DNA of 63,912 nucleotides, the filler included, from Octopus bimaculoides (taxonomy: Eukaryota): the NCBI RefSeq assembly GCF_001194135.2. It is 7 parts of 6 records of this genome, joined end to end, with 100 filler letters (N's around TTAATTAATTAA, not from the genome) between each part and the next. Parts side by side here need not be neighbours in the genome. Positions count along the whole stretch, not along the records: positions 35,766 to 53,135 come from NC_068984.1; 6 more parts are not named here. The stretch is one strand, 5' to 3'. Position 1 is the stretch's first letter. The number at the start of each line of letters is the position of its first letter. The notes below the pieces were generated by a model that was not told the DNA's origin, did not search any database, and saw only the letters and a program-made list of their open reading frames with translations. The position numbers and the translations under genes are program-made. This document shows positions 37,525 to 49,036 of this stretch, one piece after another.

Positions 37525-37593
37525 CGTTTCCTGTGCACGTAGGGGACGTCCATCTAGTCAGATGTTCAAGAGCGTCAAGCTTTTCAACACACA

Positions 37594-37647
<54 letters not shown>

Positions 37648-38593
37648 NNNNNNNNNNNNNNNNNNNNNNNNNNNNNNNNNNNNNNNNNNNNNNNNNNNNN
37701 NNNNNNNNNNNNNNNNNNNNNNNNNNNNNNNNNNNNNNNNNNNNNNNNNNNNNNNNNNNNNNNNNNNNNNNNNNNNNNNNNNNNNNNNNNNNNNNNNNNN
37801 NNNNNNNNNNNNNNNNNNNNNNNNNNNNNNNNNNNNNNNNNNNNNNNNNNNNNNNNNNNNNNNNNNNNNNNNNNNNNNNNNNNNNNNNNNNNNNNNNNNN
37901 NNNNNNNNNNNNNNNNNNNNNNNNNNNNNNNNNNNNNNNNNNNNNNNNNNNNNNNNNNNNNNNNNNNNNNNNNNNNNNNNNNNNNNNNNNNNNNNNNNNN
38001 NNNNNNNNNNNNNNNNNNNNNNNNNNNNNNNNNNNNNNNNNNNNNNNNNNNNNNNNNNNNNNNNNNNNNNNNNNNNNNNNNNNNNNNNNNNNNNNNNNNN
38101 NNNNNNNNNNNNNNNNNNNNNNNNNNNNNNNNNNNNNNNNNNNNNNNNNNNNNNNNNNNNNNNNNNNNNNNNNNNNNNNNNNNNNNNNNNNNNNNNNNNN
38201 NNNNNNNNNNNNNNNNNNNNNNNNNNNNNNNNNNNNNNNNNNNNNNNNNNNNNNNNNNNNNNNNNNNNNNNNNNNNNNNNNNNNNNNNNNNNNNNNNNNN
38301 NNNNNNNNNNNNNNNNNNNNNNNNNNNNNNNNNNNNNNNNNNNNNNNNNNNNNNNNNNNNNNNNNNNNNNNNNNNNNNNNNNNNNNNNNNNNNNNNNNNN
38401 NNNNNNNNNNNNNNNNNNNNNNNNNNNNNNNNNNNNNNNNNNNNNNNNNNNNNNNNNNNNNNNNNNNNNNNNNNNNNNNNNNNNNNNNNNNNNNNNNNNN
38501 NNNNNNNNNNNNNNNNNNNNNNNNNNNNNNNNNNNNNNNNNNNNNNNNNNNNNNNNNNNNNNNNNNNNNNNNNNNNNNNNNNNNNNNNNNNNN

Positions 38594-38950
38594 AATTTAA
38601 TTCGTCCTTAGTCAAAAGACACCTGTTGTTATGTCCTGCTATTATTTTTATTGTATTCATGTAACATTGTTCGTTTTTTTCCGTCCTTGTTTTTGCATAC
38701 ATTCGCTGCTTTCTTCCAAGGAATCTAATGCTCTTAGCTTAGTTTTTCCTTGGGGCTGGCCAGATTGGAGCAATCTCGAGTATAACCAGCTGAAATTGCA
38801 AAGATAATCTGGAACTCGACTGAGGAAAGAAAACTCCGAATGACCTGTCCTTGTTTCCTTGTTATCGTCTATCTGGATTGTTTTGTTGTCCCTTTCTTGT
38901 ATCACCTAACTGTCTGGATGTTTTGCATTCTTGTGCTATTTCGTATTATT
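38594..38950 (+). repeat. T-rich unclassified repeat, possibly a PLE pseudo-LTR
   Basis: Strong T skew, non-coding, begins at a gap; weak hammerhead-like motif at 38811-38858 (see rejected list). Confidence 0.3.
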
Positions 38951-38988
38951 TATATATATATATATATATATAGCAGTGTACGTACACT

Positions 38989-39024
<36 letters not shown>

Positions 39025-39029
<5 letters not shown>

Positions 39030-39180
39030 TTTTTTCCATTTAATGTCCATTGTCTATGCTGGCATGAGTTGGACGGTTTGGCCAGGGCTGGTAAGCTGAG
39101 GGGCTGCACCAGACTCCTGTTGAATTTGGCATGGTTTTTAGTGCTGAATGCCCTTCTAACGCCAACCACTCCAAGAGTGT
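39025..39180 (-). mobile_element. RTE LINE 3' tail fragment
   Basis: GTCCAT..GCTGGCATGAGTTGGACGG..GCTGCACCAGACTCC..GAATGCCCTTCTAACGCCAACCACTCC matches the RTE 3' ends at 40660 and 63380. Confidence 0.8.
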
Positions 39181-39193
39181 AATTATATATATA

Positions 39194-40499
39194 CAGGGTG
39201 CGGTGAATAAATTGACATCTAAATTATGCAAAAATGGAAATAACACTGAGATCTCATTTTAACATATATATTTACCAAAGTTACATAAAAATATCTTGAA
39301 ATACTAAAGAGTAAATTTATTCAACAAAATTGTGATTGGCCTCAACTATGGCCTCCAGATGACTTTGGAATGTCCTGTAAATTTTCTGGACGGTCTCCTT
39401 GTTTAAGTTGGTGAGTGCTTGCCATAATCCTTGCCTTCAGTTCATCGTTGGTGTTACAAGGAGTTTTGTTGGTCCTTGACTCAACTGCACCCTACACATA
39501 ATAATCAAGAGAGTTGCAGTCTGGGGAGTTAGGTCACTAGATATTAGGGGTAGTGTGGTTGCAGAAATTGTCTGACAGCCATGACTGGGTTCTCCTGCTT
39601 GTGTTGCATAGTGCAGAATCCTGTTGCCAGACATAGGGTCTTCCAGCAGCCACACTCTAGACCCAGAACAGCACTATCTTCTCCAGGCACTTGATGTAGG
39701 CCTCTGTATTGAGTCTGAGGCTGTGTGGGAAGATGAATGGAGGCATAACATTGCCATCACTAGTAATCACTCCAGACACCATAATATTGACTGGATGTTT
39801 GATTTTTATCTCTCTCAGTACATGTTTTGGGGATATGGTAAGCCAATGGTTGTTGTGTGTGTTCACAATCTGATCCTGGCAGAGATATTTCTCATCTGAG
39901 AAAAACCAAAGCATGTTCAGTTGGAGAGGATGCTTGAGTTTGTTCAAAAGCTTCGTAGTGCAGTCTTTCCACTTGCCCTTGATAGCTTGGGATAAAAATT
40001 GGTCCTTTCTTATCTTGTATGAGGAATACTGAATGTCTTCATGCACTACCTGCATGATAAGAAACTCTGACACTCCCATGTCCCTGGCGATGGTCCTGAT
40101 TGACTTGGAGGGATTGTTGTCAATCATGGCCTGGATCTTACCAACAAATTCAGGAGTTCTTTTCTTATCAGAATGATCAGAGTGAGTTTTCCGAGCTGCT
40201 GTACCTTCATAATCACCATTAGACTCATCCAGTTGTTTCTGAATCCTCTGCACTGTCCTCAGATTGACACCCAAACACTCTGAAATGTTTGTATTGGAGC
40301 TTACGGCATGAATGCTAAGCAGTACAGCACGATGTTTCTAAATTTCTGGCAGAGTGAATTGTGTCATGGTGCTTTTTTTTCTCACAGACAGTGCCCAACT
40401 GACCCTGTTATACAGTGTAGTCAACAAAATCAAAAACAAACAAAATACATGTGTGAAATTGAAAATATAAAATGGCGACAATTTACCCATCGCACCTTG
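39194..40499 (-). mobile_element. Full-length (1306 bp) decayed Tc1/mariner DD37D (maT-like) element
   Basis: Degenerate TIRs CAGGGTGCGGTGAATAAATTGAC and GACAATTTACCCATCGCACCTTG, each flanked by TA; transposase WFFSDEK..QQDSA-(37 aa)-DYY with NSPD.N.L; internal stops. Confidence 0.92.
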
Positions 40500-40517
40500 T
40501 ATGTATGTATACACACG

Positions 40518-40562
<45 letters not shown>

Positions 40563-40654
40563 ACACATGTATACACATATTATGTATATGCGTAATCATA
40601 TCTGTATATACATACATACATGCATACATATATATGTATGCATGTATGTATATA

Positions 40655-42178
40655 TCATCATCATCATCATCATCATCATCCTCATTTAATATCCATTGTT
40701 CATGCTGGCATGGGTTGGATGGTTTGATAAGCTGGGAGGCTGCACCAGACTCCAGTCTGTTTAGGCATTGTCTCTGCAGTTGGATGCCCTTCCTAATGCC
40801 AACCACTCTGAGATTGTAATGAGTGCGTTTATGTCCCACTGGTTTGGGTGCCATTTGCGTAACACCGGTATCTGCCACAGTTGTGGTTTTACTTGGCTTG
40901 TTGTGTCTTCTTCTCAAGCATGGCATAATGCCAAATGGACTCAGTCATTTGTCTCCAAGAGGCCCAATTCTTGAAGCACAGCATAATGCCAAATGGTTCC
41001 GGTACTTGCTTTCATGAAGTCCACCAATCAAAAGGTGCTTATATGTACCACTGGCACAGGTGCCATTTGTGTGACACTGGTATGTGCCTTGACTGTGATT
41101 TTACTCAGCTTGATGGGTCTTCTTCTCAAGTGCAACATAATGCTAAAGATCTTGGTCATTGCCTCTGTGAGGCCTAACATTTGAAAGGAACTCAACCACT
41201 TTGCCTCTGTGAGGCTCAATGCTTGAAAGGTGCTTTTTACATGCCACTGGCATGGGTGCTGGTTGTGTGACACCAGCATCTGCCATGACTGTGATTTCGC
41301 TTGGCTTGATGGGTCTTCTCAAGCACAGCATATCGCCAAAGGTCTCATTGTCTCTGTGAGGCCCAAAGTTCAGAGATCATGCTTCACCACCTCATCCCAT
41401 GTCTTCCTGGGTTTACCTCTACCACAGGTTTCATCCACAGTTAGGGATCATCACTTCTTTAGACAGCTGTCCTCATCTATATGCATCACCAGCACATTCG
41501 TCTCTCTTGCACACCACATCTGATGCCTCTTATGCCTAACTTTCCTCTCAAGATGCTTACACTCTGTCGAACATGCACACTCACACTGCATATCCAGCAA
41601 AGCATACTGGCTTCATTTCTTTCAAGCCTATGCATGTCCTTGACTGTCATAGCCCATGTTTCACTGTCATGTGACATAGCTGATCACACACAGGCATCAT
41701 ACAATCTGCCTTTCACTCTGAGAGAGAGGCCCTTTATTGCCAGCAGAGGTAGGAGCTCTCTAAACTTTGCCCAGCCTAATTGTATTCTGACAGCTCTGCT
41801 CTCGGAGCACCCACCTCCACTACTAACTTGATTACCTAGGTAACAGAAGCTATTTACTACCTCTATCTTACCCCTATGGAAGTTGATACAGTTTATTTTC
41901 TGTACATTTTTGGTGTTTATTGTACCTGTGCATCTACCATACACAAAAGCTATTTTCTCTGTTAACCTTCCTCTGATATTGCTGCACCTTTTATGTGTTC
42001 AAAGCTATTATGGGGTGCATCTAACAGAGTTACTATCTACCCCCTTTTCTACAGATTGAGGAGGACTATCTACTTGAAGGGACTTGTGATTTGTCTGCCT
42101 TCCTACTTACTAGGACTTTGGTTTTTGCTAGGTTAACTAGACCTTACTTCCATATCTGGAACTTCTCCAGTTCTGTAC
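40655..42178 (-). mobile_element. RTE-clade LINE remnant (end of RT, C-terminus, repetitive 3' UTR, (GAT)n tail)
   Basis: VNLAKTKVLVSRKADK, EVVNSFCYLGNQVSSGGGCSES..WAKFRELLPLL..KGLSLRVKGRLYDACV, SETWAMTVKDMHRLERNEASML.W.C; tail (GAT)n. Confidence 0.92.
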
Positions 42179-42356
42179 ACACAAATACACACACACACAC
42201 GTCTGTATGTATATCTATTGAGTCAGCAGATGAGATCCAGAGATTCACTTAACAGTGCTCAAATGATCCAAACTTAGATTCAATAAAGAAATTGGAAAAT
42301 AAGTTTGGATCACTAAGTGTCTCCATACTGAGAATATATGTATATCTATGTGTATT

Positions 42357-42420
<64 letters not shown>

Positions 42421-42422
<2 letters not shown>

Positions 42423-42630
42423 TCTTTTACTCTTTTACTTGTTTCAGTCTTTTGACTGTGGCCATGCTGGAGCACCGCCTTTAGTTGAGCAAATCGACCC
42501 CAGGACTTATTCTTTGTAAGTTTGGTACTTATTCTATTGGTCTCTTTTGCCGAACCGCTATGTTACGGGGACATAAACACACCAGCATCGGTTGTCAAGC
42601 AATGCTAGTGGGACAAACACAGACACACAA

Positions 42631-42688
<58 letters not shown>

Positions 42689-42850
42689 GACGGGCTTCTT
42701 TCAGTTTCTGTCTACCAAATCCACTCACAAGGCTTTGGTCGGCCCGAGGCTATAGTAGAAGACACTTGCCCAAGATGCCATGCAGTGGGACTGAACCCGG
42801 AACCATGTTGTTGATAAGCAAGATACTTACCACACAGCCACTCCTACGCC
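42421..42850 (-). mobile_element. SINE family A, full length
   Basis: Head GGCGTAGGAGTGGCTGTGTGGTAAG; internal (TG)n(TA)n; (AAAAGAGT)n tail. Confidence 0.92.
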
Positions 42851-43356
42851 TATCTATATACACATACATATATATATATATGTGTGTGTGTGTGTATTTA
42901 TACATACATACATATATATGTATGTATAAATACATATATATGTATACATATACATATGTATGTATTATGTATGTATGTACATACATATGTATGTATTATG
43001 TATGTATGTATATATATATAAAATTTATTTTAGTTTACACAATAGTTTACAGCTTTGTAAATCTGTTTTGATCAACATTGATAACTTTCCAATCTAATCA
43101 TCATTCCAAACAGATCAATGTTGATTGAAGGAGATATGTAAACCTACAAAACTATTATGTAAATAAGTTAATGTATTTAACTCTAACTACCGACCTGTGA
43201 ACGCCCTTGTTCCCATAAATATTTATTATGTGTGTGTCTATGTACGTGTGTGTCTATGTATGTGTGTATGTGTGTATGTGTGTGTCTATGTATGTGTGTG
43301 TGTGTGAGAGAGAGATAGAGTGTGTGTGTGTTTGTATGTATATATGTGTGCGTGTT

Positions 43357-43397
<41 letters not shown>

Positions 43398-43400
<3 letters not shown>

Positions 43401-43590
43401 GTTATGTGACTTAGTGGTTAAGTTACTGGGGCTCATGAACATAAGGCTGTTAGTTCAATTCCTGGACTCGGTGGATCATTGTATTCTTGAGCAAAGCTCT
43501 TTATTTTATCTCGCTTTTTGTCAACTCTGTTGTAAATGTGTACTACCCTAGCATTAGTGCAGCCCACTCTTTCCCACCTGTTATCATGTC
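43398..43590 (+). mobile_element. SINE family E, degenerate
   Basis: TGACTTAGTGGTTAAG head, AGTTCAATTCC B-box-like motif, TGTATTCTTGAGCAA core. Confidence 0.6.
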
Positions 43591-43714
43591 TTTAGTGTTC
43601 CAGTGGCTCTCATCATTTTCAGCTTCAACATTGCTACCATTGTCATTATCGTCCTCATTTTGACATCTGCTTTTCAGTACAGGCATGGGTTGGGCAGATG
43701 CTCAACACAACATC

Positions 43715-43975
43715 ATCATCATCATCATCATCAACATCAACATTTAGTGTCCATATTCCATGCTGGCATAAGTTGGATTCCATGACAGGAACTGGCAAGG
43801 CCAGAGGCTGCACCAGATTCCATAGTCTGTTTTGGTTTCGTTTCTACAGTTGGATGCCCTTCCTTACACCAACCACTCCACAGTGTGTACTGGGTACATT
43901 TTATGTGGCACCATCACCAGTGCTTTTTATGTGGCACCATCACCAGTGCTTTTTATGTGACATCAGCACCAGTGA
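43715..43975 (-). mobile_element. RTE LINE 3' tail fragment
   Basis: (CAT)n then CCATGCTGGCAT..GGCTGCACCAGA..TTTCTACAGTTGGATGCCCTTCCT..CCAACCACTCC..TTTTATGTGGCACC repeats. Confidence 0.8.
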
Positions 43976-43992
43976 TATTTAACGTAGCAACA

Positions 43993-44348
43993 ATGTTGCT
44001 AAGTGGTTTGGGTATTCTGTTCACAATTGTAAAGTTGTGAGTTCAATTCTCGGCAGTGCATTGTGTGTTGAGTAAGACACTTTATATCTCATTGCTCTTG
44101 TCTAATCATCTAGCCAAAATGATTCGGTGAGCTGGCAAAATCATTAGCACACTGGACGAAATGCTTAGCAGTATTTCATCTGCCGCTACTTTCTGAGTTC
44201 AAATTCCGCCAAGGTTGACTTAGCCTTTCATCCCTTCGGGGTCGATTAAATAAGTACCAGTTACGCACTGGGGTCGATGTAATGGACATAATCCCTTTGT
44301 CTGTCCTTGTTTGTCCCATCTATGTTTAGCCCCCTGTGGGTAATGAAG

Positions 44349-44350
<2 letters not shown>
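43993..44350 (+). mobile_element. Degenerate SINE E head (43993-44125) fused to a SINE B copy (44126-44350)
   Basis: GAGTTCAATTC..TTGAGTAAGACACTTTAT followed directly by GGTGAGCTGGCAAAATCATTAG..GAGTTCAAATTCCGCC. Confidence 0.75.
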
Positions 44351-44388
<38 letters not shown>

Positions 44389-44560
44389 ACACACACACAC
44401 ACATATGTGTGGTGGGGGGAGAGAGAGACTGATGCAAGATGAGTTGAAATGGTAATTGTGATTAATAAAGAATTTTATGAATTCCATTTTCTTTTTCTCT
44501 CATTTGTTATGTGTGTGTGTGTGTGTGTGCAAGTGTGCGACTGTGTGGTAAGATATATGT

Positions 44561-44900
44561 GAAGGCACATGGCTCAGTGGTTTCAGTGTTGGGGTTTCAA
44601 TCATGAGGGTGTGAGTTCCTGGACCAGGCTGTGTGTTGTGTTCTTGAGCAAGACACTTTATTTTCCGTTCCTCCAGTTCACTCATCTATAGAAATGATTT
44701 ACGGCATTACTGGTCCCCAAGTTTTATTGACCTTTGTCTTTACTTTGGACAACATCGATGGTATGGTGTGAAGAGACTGGTATGGATGGGCAACTGCTGG
44801 TCCTCCACAATCAGCCTTGCCCAGACCTGTGCCTTGGAAGGAAATTTTCTAGGTGCAATCTCATGATCATTCATGACCAAAGTGGGTGTTCACCCTTTAC

Positions 44901-44905
<5 letters not shown>
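44561..44905 (+). mobile_element. SINE family E (GAAGGCGCATGGCTCAGTGG head; CORE/Meta-like TTCTTGAGCAAGACACTTTA domain)
   Basis: A-box TGGCTCAGTGG; aligns over about 340 nt with 47167-47520. Confidence 0.85.
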
Positions 44906-44986
<81 letters not shown>

Positions 44987-44995
44987 CCAAATATA

Positions 44996-45145
44996 GGTAC
45001 TGGAGTGACTGTGTGGTAATAAGCTTGCTTCTCAAAAACATGGTTCTGGGTTCAGTCCCATTGCATGGCACATTGGACAAGTGTCTTCTAATATAGCCTT
45101 GGGCTGTGGATTTGGTAGACAGAAACTGAAAAAAGCCCATTGTAT

Positions 45146-45178
<33 letters not shown>

Positions 45179-45188
45179 CATGTATATA

Positions 45189-45226
<38 letters not shown>

Positions 45227-45420
45227 TCCCCCCACCATCACTTGACAACCAACGTTGGTATGTTTATGTCCATGTAACTTAGTGGTTCACCAAAAGAGAC
45301 TAGGCTTATGAAGAAACAGTCCTAGGCTTACAAAGAATAAGTCCCAGGGTCGATTTGTTTGACTAAAGGTGGTGCTTCAGCATGGCCACAGTCAAATGAC
45401 TGAAACAAGTAAAAGAATAA
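44996..45420 (+). mobile_element. SINE family A, CpG-decayed
   Basis: Full structure from head GGAGTGACTGTGTGGTAA to tail GACTGAAACAAGTAAAAGAATAA. Confidence 0.9.
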
Positions 45421-45959
45421 TAAGTCGAAGAAATTCTTCAACATATCTTTTAAGATGTGTTAAAGGATTTCTTTGTTTTATTCTTTATCTTATTATTTGG
45501 ACTATAGTTTACTCTTTCCTACACCCACACAACAGTTTTACTGTCATGAAACCAGGATTTTCTACACTAGATGAACTTCAGCATTAGTCTGGAATCCAAC
45601 AGTGTTGATAGCCCAGAACTCAGGTTGAGTTCTTCTCCAAAAGTTCTCTACTTTTATAACCTACCTGGACTTATATATTCATATATGTGTGCATGTGAGT
45701 GGTGTGATGTGGTGGTGGTGGTGGTGGTGGTTGTGGTGTGTGTGTGTGTGTGTGTGTGTGTGTGGAAAAGTTAGTGTATATAACTTTCATATCTGTATTA
45801 TGACAGTGAGTTGTCAGATTTGATAGAATATTGATAGAATTCTTCACAGTATTCATTCTGGTTCTCTGAACTTTGCATTTAAATCATGCCAAAGTCAAAT
45901 TTACCATTTATCATTTAAAGATTGAGAAAAAAAAATCACTCCAAGTGCAATGAATAAAG

Positions 45960-47099
45960 TAAAACTGTTTGACAGGACACATTGTGATATCAGTTTTACA
46001 CTTTGCCTTAAAGACTTTTTTGCATTCAAGAGAACAAAAAAAAAAGTCACGGAACAAGATTGGGTGAATTGTGAGGATGGGTAAGCATGGTCATGTCATT
46101 TTTGGTCAAAATCTGTCTAACACTCAAAGCCAGTGTATGCAGGTGCATTGTCATAATGAAGCCACCACTCTCCACTTTGCCACAGGTCAAGGTGTTCTCA
46201 TCTCACTGCATTTCACAAAAGCTTCAGAACTGCCAAGTAAGATGTTTGGTTAACAGTTTGATCAGTAGGAACAAATGCTGAGTGGACAATTCCTTTTGCA
46301 TCGATAAAACAAAACCAGCATCATCTTGACATTGGACTTCACTTGACACACTTTTTTGGGAGCTTGGTGATATTGGATGCTTCCATTGACTTGATTGCTG
46401 CTTTGTATCTGGGTCGTAGCCATAGCACCAGCTTTTTTCACCAGTGATGACCTTCAAAAAAAAAGTCTGAATCAACTTCCAACTGTTCTTTCAGTTAATG
46501 AAACGCATTCAGTCATGACTGCTTTTGATCTTCTGTGAGCAAGTGAGGCACAAATTTTGCTGTAACTATTTTTATTTGCAATTCTTCACTCAAAATTCAT
46601 TGGCAGGAGCTCCAGGACACACCAGTCATATCAATAAGTTTGTCAATTGCTTGGTGATTTGTCCTCCAAGATTAGTTAATGAGTTTTCGTTATGTTTTCT
46701 TTTGTTCATGAGGTCGACAGTTGCCCTGAACATGGTTGGTCTTCAAGCAACAAGGGACCATTCCTAAAGTGTGGAAACCACTCATAAACTTGTGTTTTGC
46801 TCATGGCAGCATCCTTGTAAGCTGTTTGAAGCATGACAACTGTTTTGGTCAACATTTTCCCCAGCAGAAAACAGAATTTCATGGAAGCATGCTGTTCCTT
46901 CATTTCAGCCATAGCAAAAATTGACAAACAGAGGACAAGCACTAGAAAACAAAGATTCACTATGTGGCAGTACGACATCCCCCAGTGATGCCAGTTGGCA
47001 GACTGATGCCTGAAGGTCACCACATCAGTGGTGGAATCCTGCACTACAATGGGTTTATCCTACAGAGAATGTTTCCAGTTACTTTGGGGTACCTTCTTA
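45960..47099 (-). mobile_element. mariner-family transposon, decayed, near full length
   Basis: MAEMKEQHASMKFCFLLGK..TQVYEWF, KVITG.KSWCYGYDP.TKQQSSQWK, HYDNA(HDNA-like), SP.LVP.DFFLF; TIR-like 5' end TA-TAAGAAGGTACCCCAAAGTAACTGGAA. Confidence 0.88.
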
Positions 47100-47166
47100 T
47101 ATATAGATATGTATATGTATACATACATATATATATATATATATATACTTATACATGTATATATAT

Positions 47167-47520
47167 GAAGGCGCATGGCTCGAGCTTAGAACTGTGGGGT
47201 TGTGAGTTCAATTCCCTTACCGGGATGTATGTTGTGTTCTTGAACAAGACACTCTGTTTCACGTTGCTCCAGTTCACTCAGCTGTAGAAATGAGTTGCAA
47301 CGTCACTGATGCCAAGCTGTATCCACCTTTGCCTTTCCTTTGGATAACATCGATGGTGTGGAGAGGGGAGGCTGGTATGGATGGGTGACTGCTGGTCTTC
47401 CATAAAAACAACCTTAGGTTGTGCATTTGTCAGTGAGGCGACTTTCTGCCCAGACTTCTACCCCAGAGAGGAACCTTTTAGGTGCACCCATGGTCATTCA
47501 TGACCGACAAAGTTGAGTTT
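47167..47520 (+). mobile_element. SINE family E
   Basis: GAAGGCGCATGGCT..GAGTTCAATTCC..GTGTTCTTGAACAAGACACT..CAGTTCACTCAGCTGTAGAAATGAG. Confidence 0.85.
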
Positions 47521-48308
47521 ACATGTATATATATATATGTGTGTGTGTGTGTGTACATTCATATATATATGTATATAAATATTTATATATATATATATAC
47601 AAACACACACACATACACATACTTACATACATAAATACATATCTATTTATAAACCACTCTATATTATTCCTGTAGTTATTAACCTAGCCAACGACCTTGT
47701 ACCATTATTTAAATTTTGCTGTCATAATATACTTATAGTCTCTATAAGCTGTGAGCTTCTAAACTTTGAAAATTTTCAACAGCTGCAAGTAAGCAATAAA
47801 TTATTCATAAGTCCTGCGATTACATGCACACTAACACATATATGCATGGTGGAAGTCAGCTCATGACTGAGTAAGATCACTTCCTGAACTCAGTAAGTCT
47901 GTGCAAAATGTTCAGCGACTCCAAGAAGTTCTGGTGCATGAATTTACTTTGAGTGAATAAAGTGCTGCACAGCACTGAACTCATTTTTTGGCACTATCAG
48001 GTGTAAAATTTGTGACACAGCAGTGGTTGGATGACCAGAAACCAACTGCACTTCAGGTATTTTATACACGTTTACCTTCTAGAAGGATGTTCTAATGAGA
48101 ACTACATGTCCTTTAAATCCCAATGGTTCATTTTCTGGGGCCCTGACAGGTGCTGTTACTCTGGGCCTGATTAGATCTGGGAACAACAGTGGCTAAGAGG
48201 TAGTTCCACATTCCTCAAAAGCCTGCTATTCCCATCTCAGGGTCCAACTACCAGATGCAGTTTGATGTCATACATAGATTCATACATGCATGTATACACA
48301 TATACGTA

Positions 48309-48690
48309 CAAGAGAAACTGTACAGTTGTGGAAATCAGCTACCCAGCAGATATTAACATAAAGCTAAAGATCAGTGAAAAAGAAAATACCTACATTGAAC
48401 TATTGAGAAATCTGGAGTTCCTCTATCCAGACTACAAGTTCAGGTTTATACCTATAATTATTAGGGCACTGGAATATGTAACACACTGCCTAAATACCAA
48501 TCTTGAGAAATTAGACTTCTCAAAACCAGAAAGGAGAAAGCTGATTCGAAAACTACAGATCCAATCCATCACTGGAAATGTAAAAATCTGAAAAACTTTC
48601 CAGAAGTTTATCATTTAAGTATATATGAGCATGTCTAGATATGCAACTATATGCCCAAGAATACATACATAAAACAAAACATACAAATCT
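48309..48690 (+). mobile_element. R4/Dong-type LINE 3' fragment (RLE domain), copy 1
   Basis: VVEISYPADINIKLKISEKENTYIELLRNLEFLYPDYKFRFIPIII..LQIQSITGNVKI*KTFQKF. Confidence 0.85.
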
Positions 48691-48696
48691 TCACAG

Positions 48697-48830
48697 AGCT
48701 GTAGAAACTCTGCCAGATTAGATTGGAGCCTGGTGCAGCCATCTGGTTTGCTAGTCCTCAGTCAAATCGTCCAACCCATGCTAGCATGGAAAGCGGACGT
48801 TAAACGATGATGATGATGATGATGATGATG
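48697..48830 (+). mobile_element. RTE LINE 3' tail fragment
   Basis: AGCTGTAGAAACTCTGCCAGA..CCAACCCATGCTAGCATGGAAAGCGGACGTTAAACGATGATGAT, nearly identical to 63414-63545. Confidence 0.9.
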
Positions 48831-48892
48831 GTGATACATACATGCATGCATACATACATACATACATACATACATACATACATACATACATA

Positions 48893-48985
48893 GCCTATTG
48901 ATGTTGAAATTCCAGTGAAGGAGTTAGAAATCGGCTCTTCCTCTATTGGTTAGAAATTTTGAAATAAAACTGAATTATGACATAC
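48893..48985 (+). repeat. Short repeat embedded in (CATA)n (copy of 16657-16760)
   Basis: See 16657-16760. Confidence 0.8.
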
Positions 48986-49036
48986 ATACATATGTACATA
49001 CAAGCATGCATACATAGATACATACATACGTACAAA

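Noticed and set aside
38811-38858. CTGAGGA-AAGAAAACTCC-GAAT-GACCT-GTC hammerhead-like topology
   Set aside because: GAAT instead of GAAA, an A-C mismatch closing stem II and poor stem I; at best a degenerate relic unless the family consensus restores the core.
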